Made by a program: the position numbers and the translations under genes. Positions 24,388 through 31,600 of a stretch of 32,000 nt of DNA are shown here, piece after piece; position 1 is the first letter of the stretch; each line of letters opens with the position of its first letter. The stretch comes from Halomicrobium mukohataei DSM 12286 (GTDB lineage: Archaea > Halobacteriota > Halobacteria > Halobacteriales > Haloarculaceae): NCBI RefSeq assembly GCF_000023965.1, contig NC_013202.1, forward strand, positions 510,001 through 542,000, given 5' to 3'. The notes beneath the pieces are model-generated. The model did no database searches. It was not told where the DNA came from and worked only from the letters and a program-made list of their open reading frames with translations.

Positions 24388-25836
24388 TCAGAACACGTCG
24401 TCGGCGTCGAGTCGGTCGTCTCGGAGGGTCCCGCGAGCCGTGACCTCCTGACCGAGCTGGACGCGTTCGTCCGTCTCGACGCTCATCGTCTCTTCGCCGT
24501 CGTCGAGTACGACCGGGTCGCCGGTCTGGACGACCGTCCCGGTGAACTCGATCGTCTCGCCGGTGGTCGCGTCTGCGTCGCCGGCAGTCTCGCTCGCGTC
24601 GTCGGTGTGCTCGTCGGCCCCGTCGTCGGCGAAGGCGTCCAGCCCGGCGGACTCGTTCCCGCCGTCGGCGCTTGCGGTCTGCTGGTCACCACCGCCACTC
24701 TCCGGAGCACTGGCGGCACCGTCGAGGACGACCACTGTCGACTGCCAGCCCGCAGAGGCTTCCTTGTCGTCTTGCCACCCGTCGTCGATCTCCACGTCGG
24801 CGGCGAGGATCTCGTCGCCGGGTGCGATCTCCTTGTCCGCCTTGTCGCCCCAGAGCGCGACGCGGATGTCGCCGGTCGCGTCCTGAATCCGGACGTTACG
24901 AACCTGGCCCTCGCTGCCGTCGTCGCGGTCGAAGGTTCGCTTCGGATCGGCCGAGCGAACGACCCCGGCAATGTCGACAGTCTCGCCGATCTCGACGCGC
25001 TCGATCGCGGCGGCGTCGGGCTCGAAGGCGACCTCCTCGTCGATCTCGTCGACGGCACCGTGGTCGCCGACGTGGAGTTCGAGACTCCCCTCGCGCTCGC
25101 GGACGTAGCCGTCGACGATCTCGACGGCCGTCCCGGGGTCGATCTCCTCTGCGCGGTCGGCCCGGTCGTCCCACAGCGTCACCCGGACTCGCCCGGTCTC
25201 GTCGCCGATCGTCAGGTTCGCGACCCGCCCTTCGCTGCCGTCGTCGCGGTCGAAGGTTCGAATCGAGTCGGTGTCGAGGACCACGCCGCGCACGTCGACG
25301 TCGGACTGGCCCATGCTCAGGGCGTCGATGGTCGATCCCCCGCCCGGCTCGACGTCGACGGTCGCGTCCGCGTCGGGTTCGGCCTTGTCGACGGAGACTT
25401 CCAGCCCGTTGTACCCCTCCTGTGGCCGGCCGGCGACGCGTAACACGTCGCCCACGTCGAGTTGTCCCTCTGCGATGGACTCGGCTTCCTGGTCCCAGAA
25501 CGCCAGTCGAACCGATCCCGTCTCGTCGGCCGCCTCGACGTTGATCACGCGGCCCTCGTCGGGTTCGTCCTCACCGTCGCCGTCTCGCTCGAAGGTGCGC
25601 AGATCGCCGACCGACATCACCTTCGCGATGAACTTCACCTCGTTCATCCCCGGCTCGATGTCGGCGACCGTGTTGACCTCGTTCTCGTTGAGTTCGTGTG
25701 CGAGCAACATCGCGGCGGTCTCCTCGTCTGCGAGCCCGCCCATCTGCTCGACCTTCTCCTCGACGGCCTCGCGGAACTCCTCCTCGGAGACCTCGTCCGT
25801 CTCGAGGTCCGCGTAGATGTCTCCTATCGCACCCAT
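24388..25836 (-). CDS. rpa2: Replication protein A, multi-OB-fold single-stranded DNA-binding protein
   Basis: 482-aa acidic ORF with repeated OB modules (RTFERDGDG..GRV.N..ADETG.VR..LWD occurs three times) and a C-terminal OB. It is a standalone gene next to histone-hdaI, as for Haloferax rpa2 (synteny recalled from memory). Confidence 0.85.
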   Translation of the reverse strand: MGAIGDIYADLETDEVSEEEFREAVEEKVEQMGGLADEETAAMLLAHELNENEVNTVADIEPGMNEVKFIAKVMSVGDLRTFERDGDGEDEPDEGRVINVEAADETGSVRLAFWDQEAESIAEGQLDVGDVLRVAGRPQEGYNGLEVSVDKAEPDADATVDVEPGGGSTIDALSMGQSDVDVRGVVLDTDSIRTFDRDDGSEGRVANLTIGDETGRVRVTLWDDRADRAEEIDPGTAVEIVDGYVREREGSLELHVGDHGAVDEIDEEVAFEPDAAAIERVEIGETVDIAGVVRSADPKRTFDRDDGSEGQVRNVRIQDATGDIRVALWGDKADKEIAPGDEILAADVEIDDGWQDDKEASAGWQSTVVVLDGAASAPESGGGDQQTASADGGNESAGLDAFADDGADEHTDDASETAGDADATTGETIEFTGTVVQTGDPVVLDDGEETMSVETDERVQLGQEVTARGTLRDDRLDADDVF

Positions 25837-25983
25837 TGATCTATACGAGGCAAGGTTGGCCGCCGCTTAAGCGTTGTCGTTACGAGAACGCACCGCTCAC
25901 GTCCGGTGGTTTCCGCCCCTCGGCTCGGTGGCATAGGGGCGATGGGTCGCGTTCACGGATAAACGCACGGACCGCCAGCGGGG

Positions 25984-26454
25984 TCACGCCGTCGCCGTCG
26001 CGACCGTCTCCACGCCCTCGTCGGTCTCGTGTGTGACCGTCACGCTTCCGGGCAGGCCATCCAAGAACGTCGCCGTGACCCGGTACTCGATCTCGGCGAT
26101 ACACTGGACGACCGGACCGCTGTCGTCCCGTGGTTCGACACCGACGGCGACGGTCAGTTCGTCGGCGTCGGCGTCGTAGCTCGCCGCCGACAGGACAGCC
26201 GTCCAGCCGGGGTCCGGGGCCCAGATCGTCCCCGAGACGGCCACGTTCTCCGCGAACGACACCGTCGCGTCGCTGGTCGTCTGTCCACAGTCGTTGCGCT
26301 GTACCGCGATCGTCGCGTCGTCGAGTGTCGGAGTCATGGCTGTCTGAGTCGTCTTCCGCTGGGGAGGGCCGCCGCCGTCGCTGCCGGACACACAGCCCGC
26401 CAGTCCCGCCGTCACGAGCCCGCCGAGCCGGGCCAATATCGTTCTACGCTCCAC
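25984..26454 (-). CDS. Hypothetical secreted lipoprotein
   Basis: 156-aa ORF with GTG start. MERRTILARLGGLVTAGLAGCVSGS is a signal with a lipobox Cys. I did not recognise a family. Confidence 0.65.
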   Translation of the reverse strand: MERRTILARLGGLVTAGLAGCVSGSDGGGPPQRKTTQTAMTPTLDDATIAVQRNDCGQTTSDATVSFAENVAVSGTIWAPDPGWTAVLSAASYDADADELTVAVGVEPRDDSGPVVQCIAEIEYRVTATFLDGLPGSVTVTHETDEGVETVATATA

Positions 26455-26610
26455 GTTCCCCGACAGAATCGCTGAAAGTAATTAGCTTGTGGTCGTCCAC
26501 GCGACGGGAACGGCCCCACCGACGGCAGACCGGCGACACTCGTGGTATCGTCTCGCAGTGCCCGATCGAACCGTAACCCCTTTACAACGCTCCCCCGTTC
26601 GTCAATATGA

Positions 26611-26683
26611 GTCCGGGTAGGGTAGTGGACTATCCTCTTGGCTTGCGGAGCCAGGGACCAGCGTTCAAATCGCTGTCCGGACG
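26611..26683 (+). tRNA. tRNA-Arg (anticodon GCG)
   Basis: GTCCGGGTAGGGTAGTGGACTATCCTCTTGGCTTGCGGAGCCAGGGACCAGCGTTCAAATCGCTGTCCGGACG folds as a cloverleaf, with anticodon loop TTGCGGA and T-loop TTCAAAT. It is followed by TTTTCCTTTC. Confidence 0.93.
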
Positions 26684-26748
26684 TTTTCCTTTCACCACCT
26701 GTCGAGTCGCTGGACCGGTCGTCGCACCCCTGGAGCGAACCGAGACTG

Positions 26749-27534
26749 TCACACGCACCCGGGAAAGTCCTCGCCCCGGATGTGGACGGAGTCGACCCAC
26801 GGCGGACGCTCCGCGGCCGATTTCGTGAACCGCGAACGGGCGTCCATGTACGACATGATGAGCGCGCGCCGCCACTGGTCGGTCGTGTTGGGCGCGGTGA
26901 AGTGAGGGACCAGACAGTGAGCGAACAGCGCGTCGCCCGGTTCCATCGGGACGGGGACGGCGTCGGCCCGGTCCACGTCGCCCTCGGCGATGACGATGTC
27001 GGTGTCGTAGTCGGCGGCCTCGTGGCCAAGCAGTCCGTCCGTGTGTGCGCCGGGAACGACGTTCATACAGCCGTTCTCGGTCGTCGCCTCGTCGAGCGCG
27101 ATCCAGACGGTGACGTGGTCCATCGGCTGGATCGGGTAGTACGCGGCGTCCTGGTGGAACCCCTTCTCGCTCCCGACCGCGGGGGGTTTGAACATCGCGG
27201 CGCTGCGCAGGAGCTTCAGGTTCGGCCCGAGCAGTTCGGCGGCCGTGTCGACGATCGTGTCGTCGTCGGCGACCGATCGGAACACGTCGTCGGTCTCGAC
27301 CATCCCCAGTCCCTCGAACTTCCGCACCGCGTCGCCCGATTCCTCGACATCGACCTCGCCGCGTTCGACGGCCGGCTCGATCTGTGACTGGAACCCCTCG
27401 ACGGCGCGGTCGCCGTGAGTGTAGGCTCGTAGGCGTCGCTTCACGCGGTCGACCGTCTCGGCGTCGAGGGCGTCCTCGACGACGACGTAGCCGTCTCGCT
27501 GGTACTGTTCGAACTGCGTGTCGGTGAGTGTCAC
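26749..27534 (-). CDS. Phytanoyl-CoA dioxygenase (PhyH) family Fe(II)/2-oxoglutarate oxygenase
   Basis: 261-aa ORF with GTG start. It begins LTDTQFEQYQRDGYVVVEDAL and has the HQDAAYYP (HxD) and later VPGAH metal-ligand motifs. Confidence 0.85.
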   Translation of the reverse strand: MTLTDTQFEQYQRDGYVVVEDALDAETVDRVKRRLRAYTHGDRAVEGFQSQIEPAVERGEVDVEESGDAVRKFEGLGMVETDDVFRSVADDDTIVDTAAELLGPNLKLLRSAAMFKPPAVGSEKGFHQDAAYYPIQPMDHVTVWIALDEATTENGCMNVVPGAHTDGLLGHEAADYDTDIVIAEGDVDRADAVPVPMEPGDALFAHCLVPHFTAPNTTDQWRRALIMSYMDARSRFTKSAAERPPWVDSVHIRGEDFPGCV

Positions 27535-27643
27535 GGCCGCAACTGAGTGGTACCAGTGCCTAATTCTTGTGGTCCGGCGACATCGGGATACTGATCGAGG
27601 AGTAGTCCCCAGGCGTTTTGCCCGCCGGGACCGAAGCCCGTGT

Positions 27644-28252
27644 ATGCGCGATCCGCTCCGGGCGGGCGTCGCGATCTACAACGAGGGCCGGTACCACGCG
27701 GCCCACGACGCCTGGGAGGACCACTGGCTCGACCTGTCTCGGGGGACCGACGACGAGCGGCTGCTCCACGGGCTGATCCAGTTCACCGCGGTCGTCCACC
27801 ACCTCGACGACGGAAACTACTCCGGGGCCACAGGGCTGGCCGAAAGCGCGGCGGCGTATCTCGCCGACCTGCCGGCGGCGTACCGCGGCGTCGAACTGGA
27901 CGCCGTCCGGTCGTTCCTCGGTCGCGTCGCGACGGCTCCCCGGGAACTGACGCCGGACGACGCGCCGCCGCTGGTCTACGAGGGCCGGCGGTTGACCTAC
28001 GACGATCTGGACTTCGAGGCGACGGCCGTCGCCGCGAGAGTGCTGGCCGAGGGCGACGACGAGCACGCCGTCGAGGCCGGCGTCGAATACGCCCGCGAGG
28101 AGGTCGCCGCCGACGAGAGCGGCACCTACACCGGACTGGTCTTCGCGTTCGTGCGCGAGCGCGACCGCCGGCCGATCGTCACGACCAGACTCGGCGAGCA
28201 CGTACAACGGCGCGAACACCGAGAATCGGACGTGAACGGGCTGTTCGAGTGA
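27644..28252 (+). CDS. DUF309-domain protein
   Basis: The ATG at 27644 gives MRDPLRAGVAIYNEGRYHAAHDAWEDHWL...LLHGLIQFTAVVHH, the DUF309 signature. The track start at 27518 overlaps the divergent PhyH gene. Confidence 0.75.
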   Translation: MRDPLRAGVAIYNEGRYHAAHDAWEDHWLDLSRGTDDERLLHGLIQFTAVVHHLDDGNYSGATGLAESAAAYLADLPAAYRGVELDAVRSFLGRVATAPRELTPDDAPPLVYEGRRLTYDDLDFEATAVAARVLAEGDDEHAVEAGVEYAREEVAADESGTYTGLVFAFVRERDRRPIVTTRLGEHVQRREHRESDVNGLFE

Positions 28253-28404
28253 TACTGCCGGCTGGAAGTCCGTACAGAACTTCGCGGCCCCGTGGTCGCG
28301 AATGTCTCGAAGCAGTGATAGCCGGCAGTGTGAGACGGGTCACTGTCGCCGCGCTCCCGGTCGACCGCGCACGCTCGTCTCCTTCGAGAAGATTCTTGTG
28401 AACC

Positions 28405-28427
28405 GCCTCGGGGTCAAGCCCCGAGGC
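28405..28427. repeat. Subterminal IS hairpin on the tnpB-proximal side (RE)
   Basis: GCCTCGGGG-TCAAG-CCCCGAGGC, a 9-bp stem starting 11 nt beyond the tnpB stop. Confidence 0.8.
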
Positions 28428-28437
28428 TTCCCGTGGT

Positions 28438-29712
28438 TTAATCAGACACACCCATCCGACCATCGGCCTGATAGCCTCGAACGGTCGAATGGGTCACGGT
28501 CGGGGCGTCCACGGCCCCCGATGCCTGCCGTCGCACCTTCCGAACAACGGGAAGGCTGTTGAGAGCAGGCACATTCCAATCGAGTTTCTTCACGCCTTTC
28601 ACGGCGATGTTGACGCTTGCACTACGGTCGCTGTGGTCTTGATGCTCGCAGGACTTGCACTCGAACCGCTTTTTGTTTCGATTCGCTCGCTCTGTATGCC
28701 CACACATCGGACACCGCTGACTCGTATATTCGGGATTGATCCACGCAGTCGGGATACCCTCAAACGACGCCTTGTACGACGTGTAGTATTGGAGGGCGCG
28801 GAACGGGAGGTGGTGCAAGCGTCGGTTCATCCGCGTCCCGTAGTCGATACTGTCGCGCATCTCTTTGAGGTCTTCAAAGACAATGCACGACTTCTCGAAC
28901 TGCTGGCTCCACTCTACGATGTGTCGAGACACCTTGTGGAGGCGGTCGCGGACAAACCGTTCTTCGCGTCCTTCGAGCGTGTCGTGGATGCTGTCCTTCC
29001 CCGCGTTCTGGACGCGCTTTCGCATCGTGAAGTAGCGGTGGCGCTCGAACTTGATTTCGGGGAAGTCAATAACCAACGTGCGCTTGACGCCATCTCCGGA
29101 AAGTGCGGTGAGAGCCACGTTGTCCTCGTTCACGTCCACACCCACGACAGTCCGTGAGTCTTCCTTGTCCCGAACGGTCTGCTCGGTGTTGGTGACGTTG
29201 ACGTGCAACTCGGCGTCGTCGTTGTGGAACAGGGCTTCCGCCGTCCCAATTTTCCACTCGTCGCTCGTGAGCGCGGTCTTGAGAATGTCGAGGTGGGCGT
29301 CACTCCCGGTGAGAAAGCCCTTGACGTGCTTGTACGGCTCCGTGCTGATACGGAACGCCACGCCGCCATCGTCGGTGAGCGACAGGTTGTACCCCTCCTC
29401 ATAGTTCGCACGAAGCGGGTACGCGCCGTCCTTGGTGTGGCTGGGTTGGCTGAAGTCGTCGTACTCGTAGTAGTTCTCCATCGCGCCGAGCGCCTTGGCG
29501 ACGACGCGCTGTGTCGTGTTCTTCACGAGGTCAGCGTCATCAGCCACACAGTCAGGAGTGGTGTCCCAGTCCACGCCTTCTTTCGCGAGGCGGATGGTTT
29601 CGTTGTACACCGAGCGGGCTTCAAGCGTGGCGTCGTACAACAGGCTCTCGTTGTCACTCTGGATGTCGAGTTGGAAGTCTAGCGTCTTGACGAGAGCCTG
29701 TGCCGTGGTCAT
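28438..29712 (-). CDS. tnpB: TnpB (IS605 OrfB-type RNA-guided endonuclease)
   Basis: 424-aa ORF. RuvC triad candidates are VGVDVNEDN, IVFEDLKEM and HSDRSASVNIA. The zinc finger is CPMCGH...CKSCEH. The frame is intact. Confidence 0.95.
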   Translation of the reverse strand: MTTAQALVKTLDFQLDIQSDNESLLYDATLEARSVYNETIRLAKEGVDWDTTPDCVADDADLVKNTTQRVVAKALGAMENYYEYDDFSQPSHTKDGAYPLRANYEEGYNLSLTDDGGVAFRISTEPYKHVKGFLTGSDAHLDILKTALTSDEWKIGTAEALFHNDDAELHVNVTNTEQTVRDKEDSRTVVGVDVNEDNVALTALSGDGVKRTLVIDFPEIKFERHRYFTMRKRVQNAGKDSIHDTLEGREERFVRDRLHKVSRHIVEWSQQFEKSCIVFEDLKEMRDSIDYGTRMNRRLHHLPFRALQYYTSYKASFEGIPTAWINPEYTSQRCPMCGHTERANRNKKRFECKSCEHQDHSDRSASVNIAVKGVKKLDWNVPALNSLPVVRKVRRQASGAVDAPTVTHSTVRGYQADGRMGVSD

Positions 29713-29864
29713 TCTTCGTCTTGTTCGGTGGGTTCTGAAGTTCGGACGACTTTCACATCTGCTCCACGCCAGCGTTTAGGGACGGTGACATGGGCGCTGT
29801 TCCCGAACGGCTTGACTTCACCGTCGAGAACTTCTTCGCCGTCGATCTCAAAGCGATTCGCCAT
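29709..29864 (-). CDS. Small transposon-encoded protein, DUF2080 / AbrB-SpoVT-like (51 aa, below the ORF-track cutoff)
   Basis: My translation is MANRFEIDGEEVLDGEVKPFGNSAHVTVPKRWRGADVKVVRTSEPTEQDEE*. The KPFGNS..V.VPK.W.G..V motif matches my memory of DUF2080. Its stop overlaps the tnpB start (ATGA). Confidence 0.7.
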   Translation of the reverse strand: MANRFEIDGEEVLDGEVKPFGNSAHVTVPKRWRGADVKVVRTSEPTEQDEE

Positions 29865-29870
29865 ACCTGC

Positions 29871-29889
29871 GTATATCCTTTGGATATAC
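29871..29889. promoter_or_regulatory. Palindromic double TATA-like element between the divergent IS genes (bidirectional promoter and/or operator)
   Basis: GTATATCC-TTT-GGATATAC is a perfect 8-bp inverted repeat. It lies 7 nt from the small-ORF start (29864) and 29 nt from the tnpA ATG (29918). Confidence 0.5.
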
Positions 29890-29917
29890 TTAACTGTGCT
29901 GGTGGAGTAGGTTCGAT

Positions 29918-30367
29918 ATGGGTGAGAAGCGGTCGAATCACACGGTGTACAACGTCAACTACCATTTCGTGTGGTGTCCGAAGTCAAGCAAAGCGAAGCT
30001 TTGCGTACCTCGCGGGATCGAAGATCCCGCTCAGTATCGCTACACGATTCTCGAACCAATCGAGGATTCGCTGGAAGCGAGTTTCCGCGATGTGTGCGAC
30101 GAGTACGGTTACGAGATACTATCGCTACATATTTCGCCCGATCACGTACACTTGTTCCTATCAGCTCACCCGAAGTACGGGCCGAGCGAGATTGTACGGA
30201 CAATCAAGAGCATCACGGCACGGGAGATGTGGGAACAGCACGAACCGTTCTTGGAGGAGTACCTGTGGGGCGGTGGATTTTGGGAGGAATCGTACTACGT
30301 GGGGACGGCAGGCGATGTTTCGACCGACACGATTGAGCAGTATATCGAGCGAACGGAACACGTTTAG
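29918..30367 (+). CDS. tnpA: IS200/IS605 TnpA (Y1 HUH transposase) carrying a 17-aa in-frame insertion
   Basis: 149 aa with YHFVWCPK...YRYTIL, the HUH motif DHVHLFL and the catalytic-Tyr region ESYYVGTAG. The conserved CPKYR block is split by SSKAKLCVPRGIEDPAQ. Confidence 0.9.
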   Translation: MGEKRSNHTVYNVNYHFVWCPKSSKAKLCVPRGIEDPAQYRYTILEPIEDSLEASFRDVCDEYGYEILSLHISPDHVHLFLSAHPKYGPSEIVRTIKSITAREMWEQHEPFLEEYLWGGGFWEESYYVGTAGDVSTDTIEQYIERTEHV

Positions 30368-30386
30368 CGGAGTGTACGGCCTTCAC

Positions 30387-30408
30387 CCTCGGGGTCAAGC
30401 CCCGAGGC
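30387..30408. repeat. Subterminal IS hairpin on the tnpA-proximal side (LE)
   Basis: CCTCGGGG-TCAAG-CCCCGAGG plus C, identical to 28406-28427, starting 20 nt beyond the tnpA stop. Confidence 0.8.
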
Positions 30409-30453
30409 ACTCGGCCTGCTCCGCCTGTAGACTGCCGGTGTAATCGAGACGCT

Positions 30454-30699
30454 ATGTCAGTCCTATCGACAGCAGACGAGGGGAAGTTCCTGATGGACAA
30501 CGAAGCCGAACAGATCGGCGTCGTCACCGAAGTCGATCCCGACGAGCAGGTGGCCTACGTCGAACCGGAGCCCGGCATCGCCGAGAGCGTGATACAGGGC
30601 TTTGGCTTCGGGAGCGCCGACGAAGACGACATCGAGGTACCAGCCGACTCCGTCGAGACGGTCACCGACACGGAGCTTCGGGTCGCGACCGATCTGTGA
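30454..30699 (+). CDS. Small acidic hypothetical protein (possibly PRC-barrel-like)
   Basis: 81-aa ORF. GKFLMDNEAEQIGVVTEVDPDEQVAYVEPEPGI resembles haloarchaeal PRC-barrel proteins, but the family call is weak. Confidence 0.5.
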   Translation: MSVLSTADEGKFLMDNEAEQIGVVTEVDPDEQVAYVEPEPGIAESVIQGFGFGSADEDDIEVPADSVETVTDTELRVATDL

Positions 30700-30711
30700 G
30701 GCCATCGAACC

Positions 30712-30735
30712 CTACAACCGTCCGTATGAGGGGTG
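30712..30735 (+). repeat. Solo end of the ~80-nt palindromic element (partial copy 3)
   Basis: CTACAACCGTCCGTATGAGGGGTG matches the reverse complement of 9249-9272 (CTACAACTGTCCGTATGAGGGGTG) at 23 of 24 positions. Confidence 0.7.
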
Positions 30736-30753
30736 CGGCGTTCGAGGTGGAGG

Positions 30754-30996
30754 CTACTGTGTCCACCTGATTTCGTACTCGAGTTCGTACCGCTGCTCGC
30801 CGCTGTCCGAGTCCGTGAGTCGTTCGAGTTCGACCTCGAACCGGGGCTGCTCTGGAACAGTGACGCGCTGTTCCGCCGTGTCGCTCGCTAACGTGACGTG
30901 CCCCGAGTCGATCTGATCGGCCGCGTCCCGCAACGCGCGAGCGATTTCGGCTCTCGGGCTCTGTTCCTCGGTTTTGAATAGTTGTTCTTCTGGCAT
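30754..30996 (-). CDS. Amphi-Trp domain protein
   Basis: MPEEQLFKTEEQSPRAEIARALRDAADQIDSG.VTL.....RVTVPEQPRFEVELER......EQRYELEYEIRWTQ follows the layout of that small family from memory. The ATG at 30996 is preferred over the track GTG at 31002. Confidence 0.65.
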   Translation of the reverse strand: MPEEQLFKTEEQSPRAEIARALRDAADQIDSGHVTLASDTAEQRVTVPEQPRFEVELERLTDSDSGEQRYELEYEIRWTQ

Positions 30997-31111
30997 CAGC
31001 ACACACTACGTCCCCGACCGGCATATAGATGTTCTTAGGTTGATGATTTGTCGGTGGATTTGCGGTCCCGATACCGGCCGCTGTTGACGCCGGAGACAGA
31101 GAGCCCGTATC

Positions 31112-31189
31112 ATACGGACCGTTGTAGCGATGTACTGGTCGTCTATCCCGTGGCGACGATCGCCGGTACGCGACGACAACGTTCCGTAT
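31112..31189. repeat. ~80-nt palindromic element bounded by inverted repeats, copy 2
   Basis: ATACGGACCGTTGTAG (31112-31127) ... CGACAACGTTCCGTAT (31174-31189), with an inner hairpin at 31136-31143 / 31155-31162. It aligns end to end with the reverse complement of 9257-9337. Confidence 0.7.
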
Positions 31190-31600
31190 CAGCCGTCAGT
31201 TTCGACGCGCTCCTCGCCGTCGAAGTGCGCGGAGTTGTCCCGGGGTTCGTAGCCGAGCGCCTCTTTGGCCCGCTCCAGGGAGTAGTACTTGCGATCGTTG
31301 TCGGAGACACCGACAGGCTCGCTACGCTCGCCTGTCGAGCCCTCGCTCGCTTCGCTCGCGAGGATGCCGTAGACGATATCGGTACCGGCTGGGATCACGT
31401 CGGGTCGGCGACGCGCTCCTCGCCGTCGAAGTGCGCCGAGTTGTCCTGGGGATCGTAGCCCAGAACCTCCTTCGCGCGCTCGATGGAGTAGTACTTGCGA
31501 TCGTTGTCGGAGACACCGACAGGCTCGCTACGCTCGCCTGTCGAGCCCTCGCTCGCTTCGCTCGCGAGGATGCCGTAGACGATATCGGTACCGGCTGGGA
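31189..31600 (-). repeat. Two tandem 206-bp units, each duplicating the 3' end of the adjacent epimerase gene
   Basis: Units 31189-31394 and 31395-31600 each begin (on the plus strand) with a stop-codon complement TCA. They repeat the gene tail found at 31601 to about 31745 and end in the same ~100 nt. Confidence 0.9.

Larger units (their letters stand above)
28400..30412. mobile_element. IS200/IS605-family insertion sequence (IS605-like divergent layout: tnpA on plus; DUF2080-like ORF and tnpB on minus). The ends are approximate.
   Basis: It carries a Y1 HUH transposase and a TnpB. The identical 22-mer hairpin CCTCGGGGTCAAGCCCCGAGGC lies just outside both gene 3' ends (28406-28427 and 30387-30408), in the same orientation, as expected for subterminal LE/RE hairpins. 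Confidence 0.88.

Noticed and set aside
28254-28329. The 10-bp inverted repeat ACTGCCGGCT / AGCCGGCAGT left of the IS, and ACTGCCGG again at 30431-30438 right of it, read as the true IS termini or a target duplication.
   Set aside because: Only 8 nt are shared across the element, and the pieces lie at asymmetric distances from the identical subterminal hairpins. IS200/IS605 elements make neither terminal inverted repeats nor target duplications.
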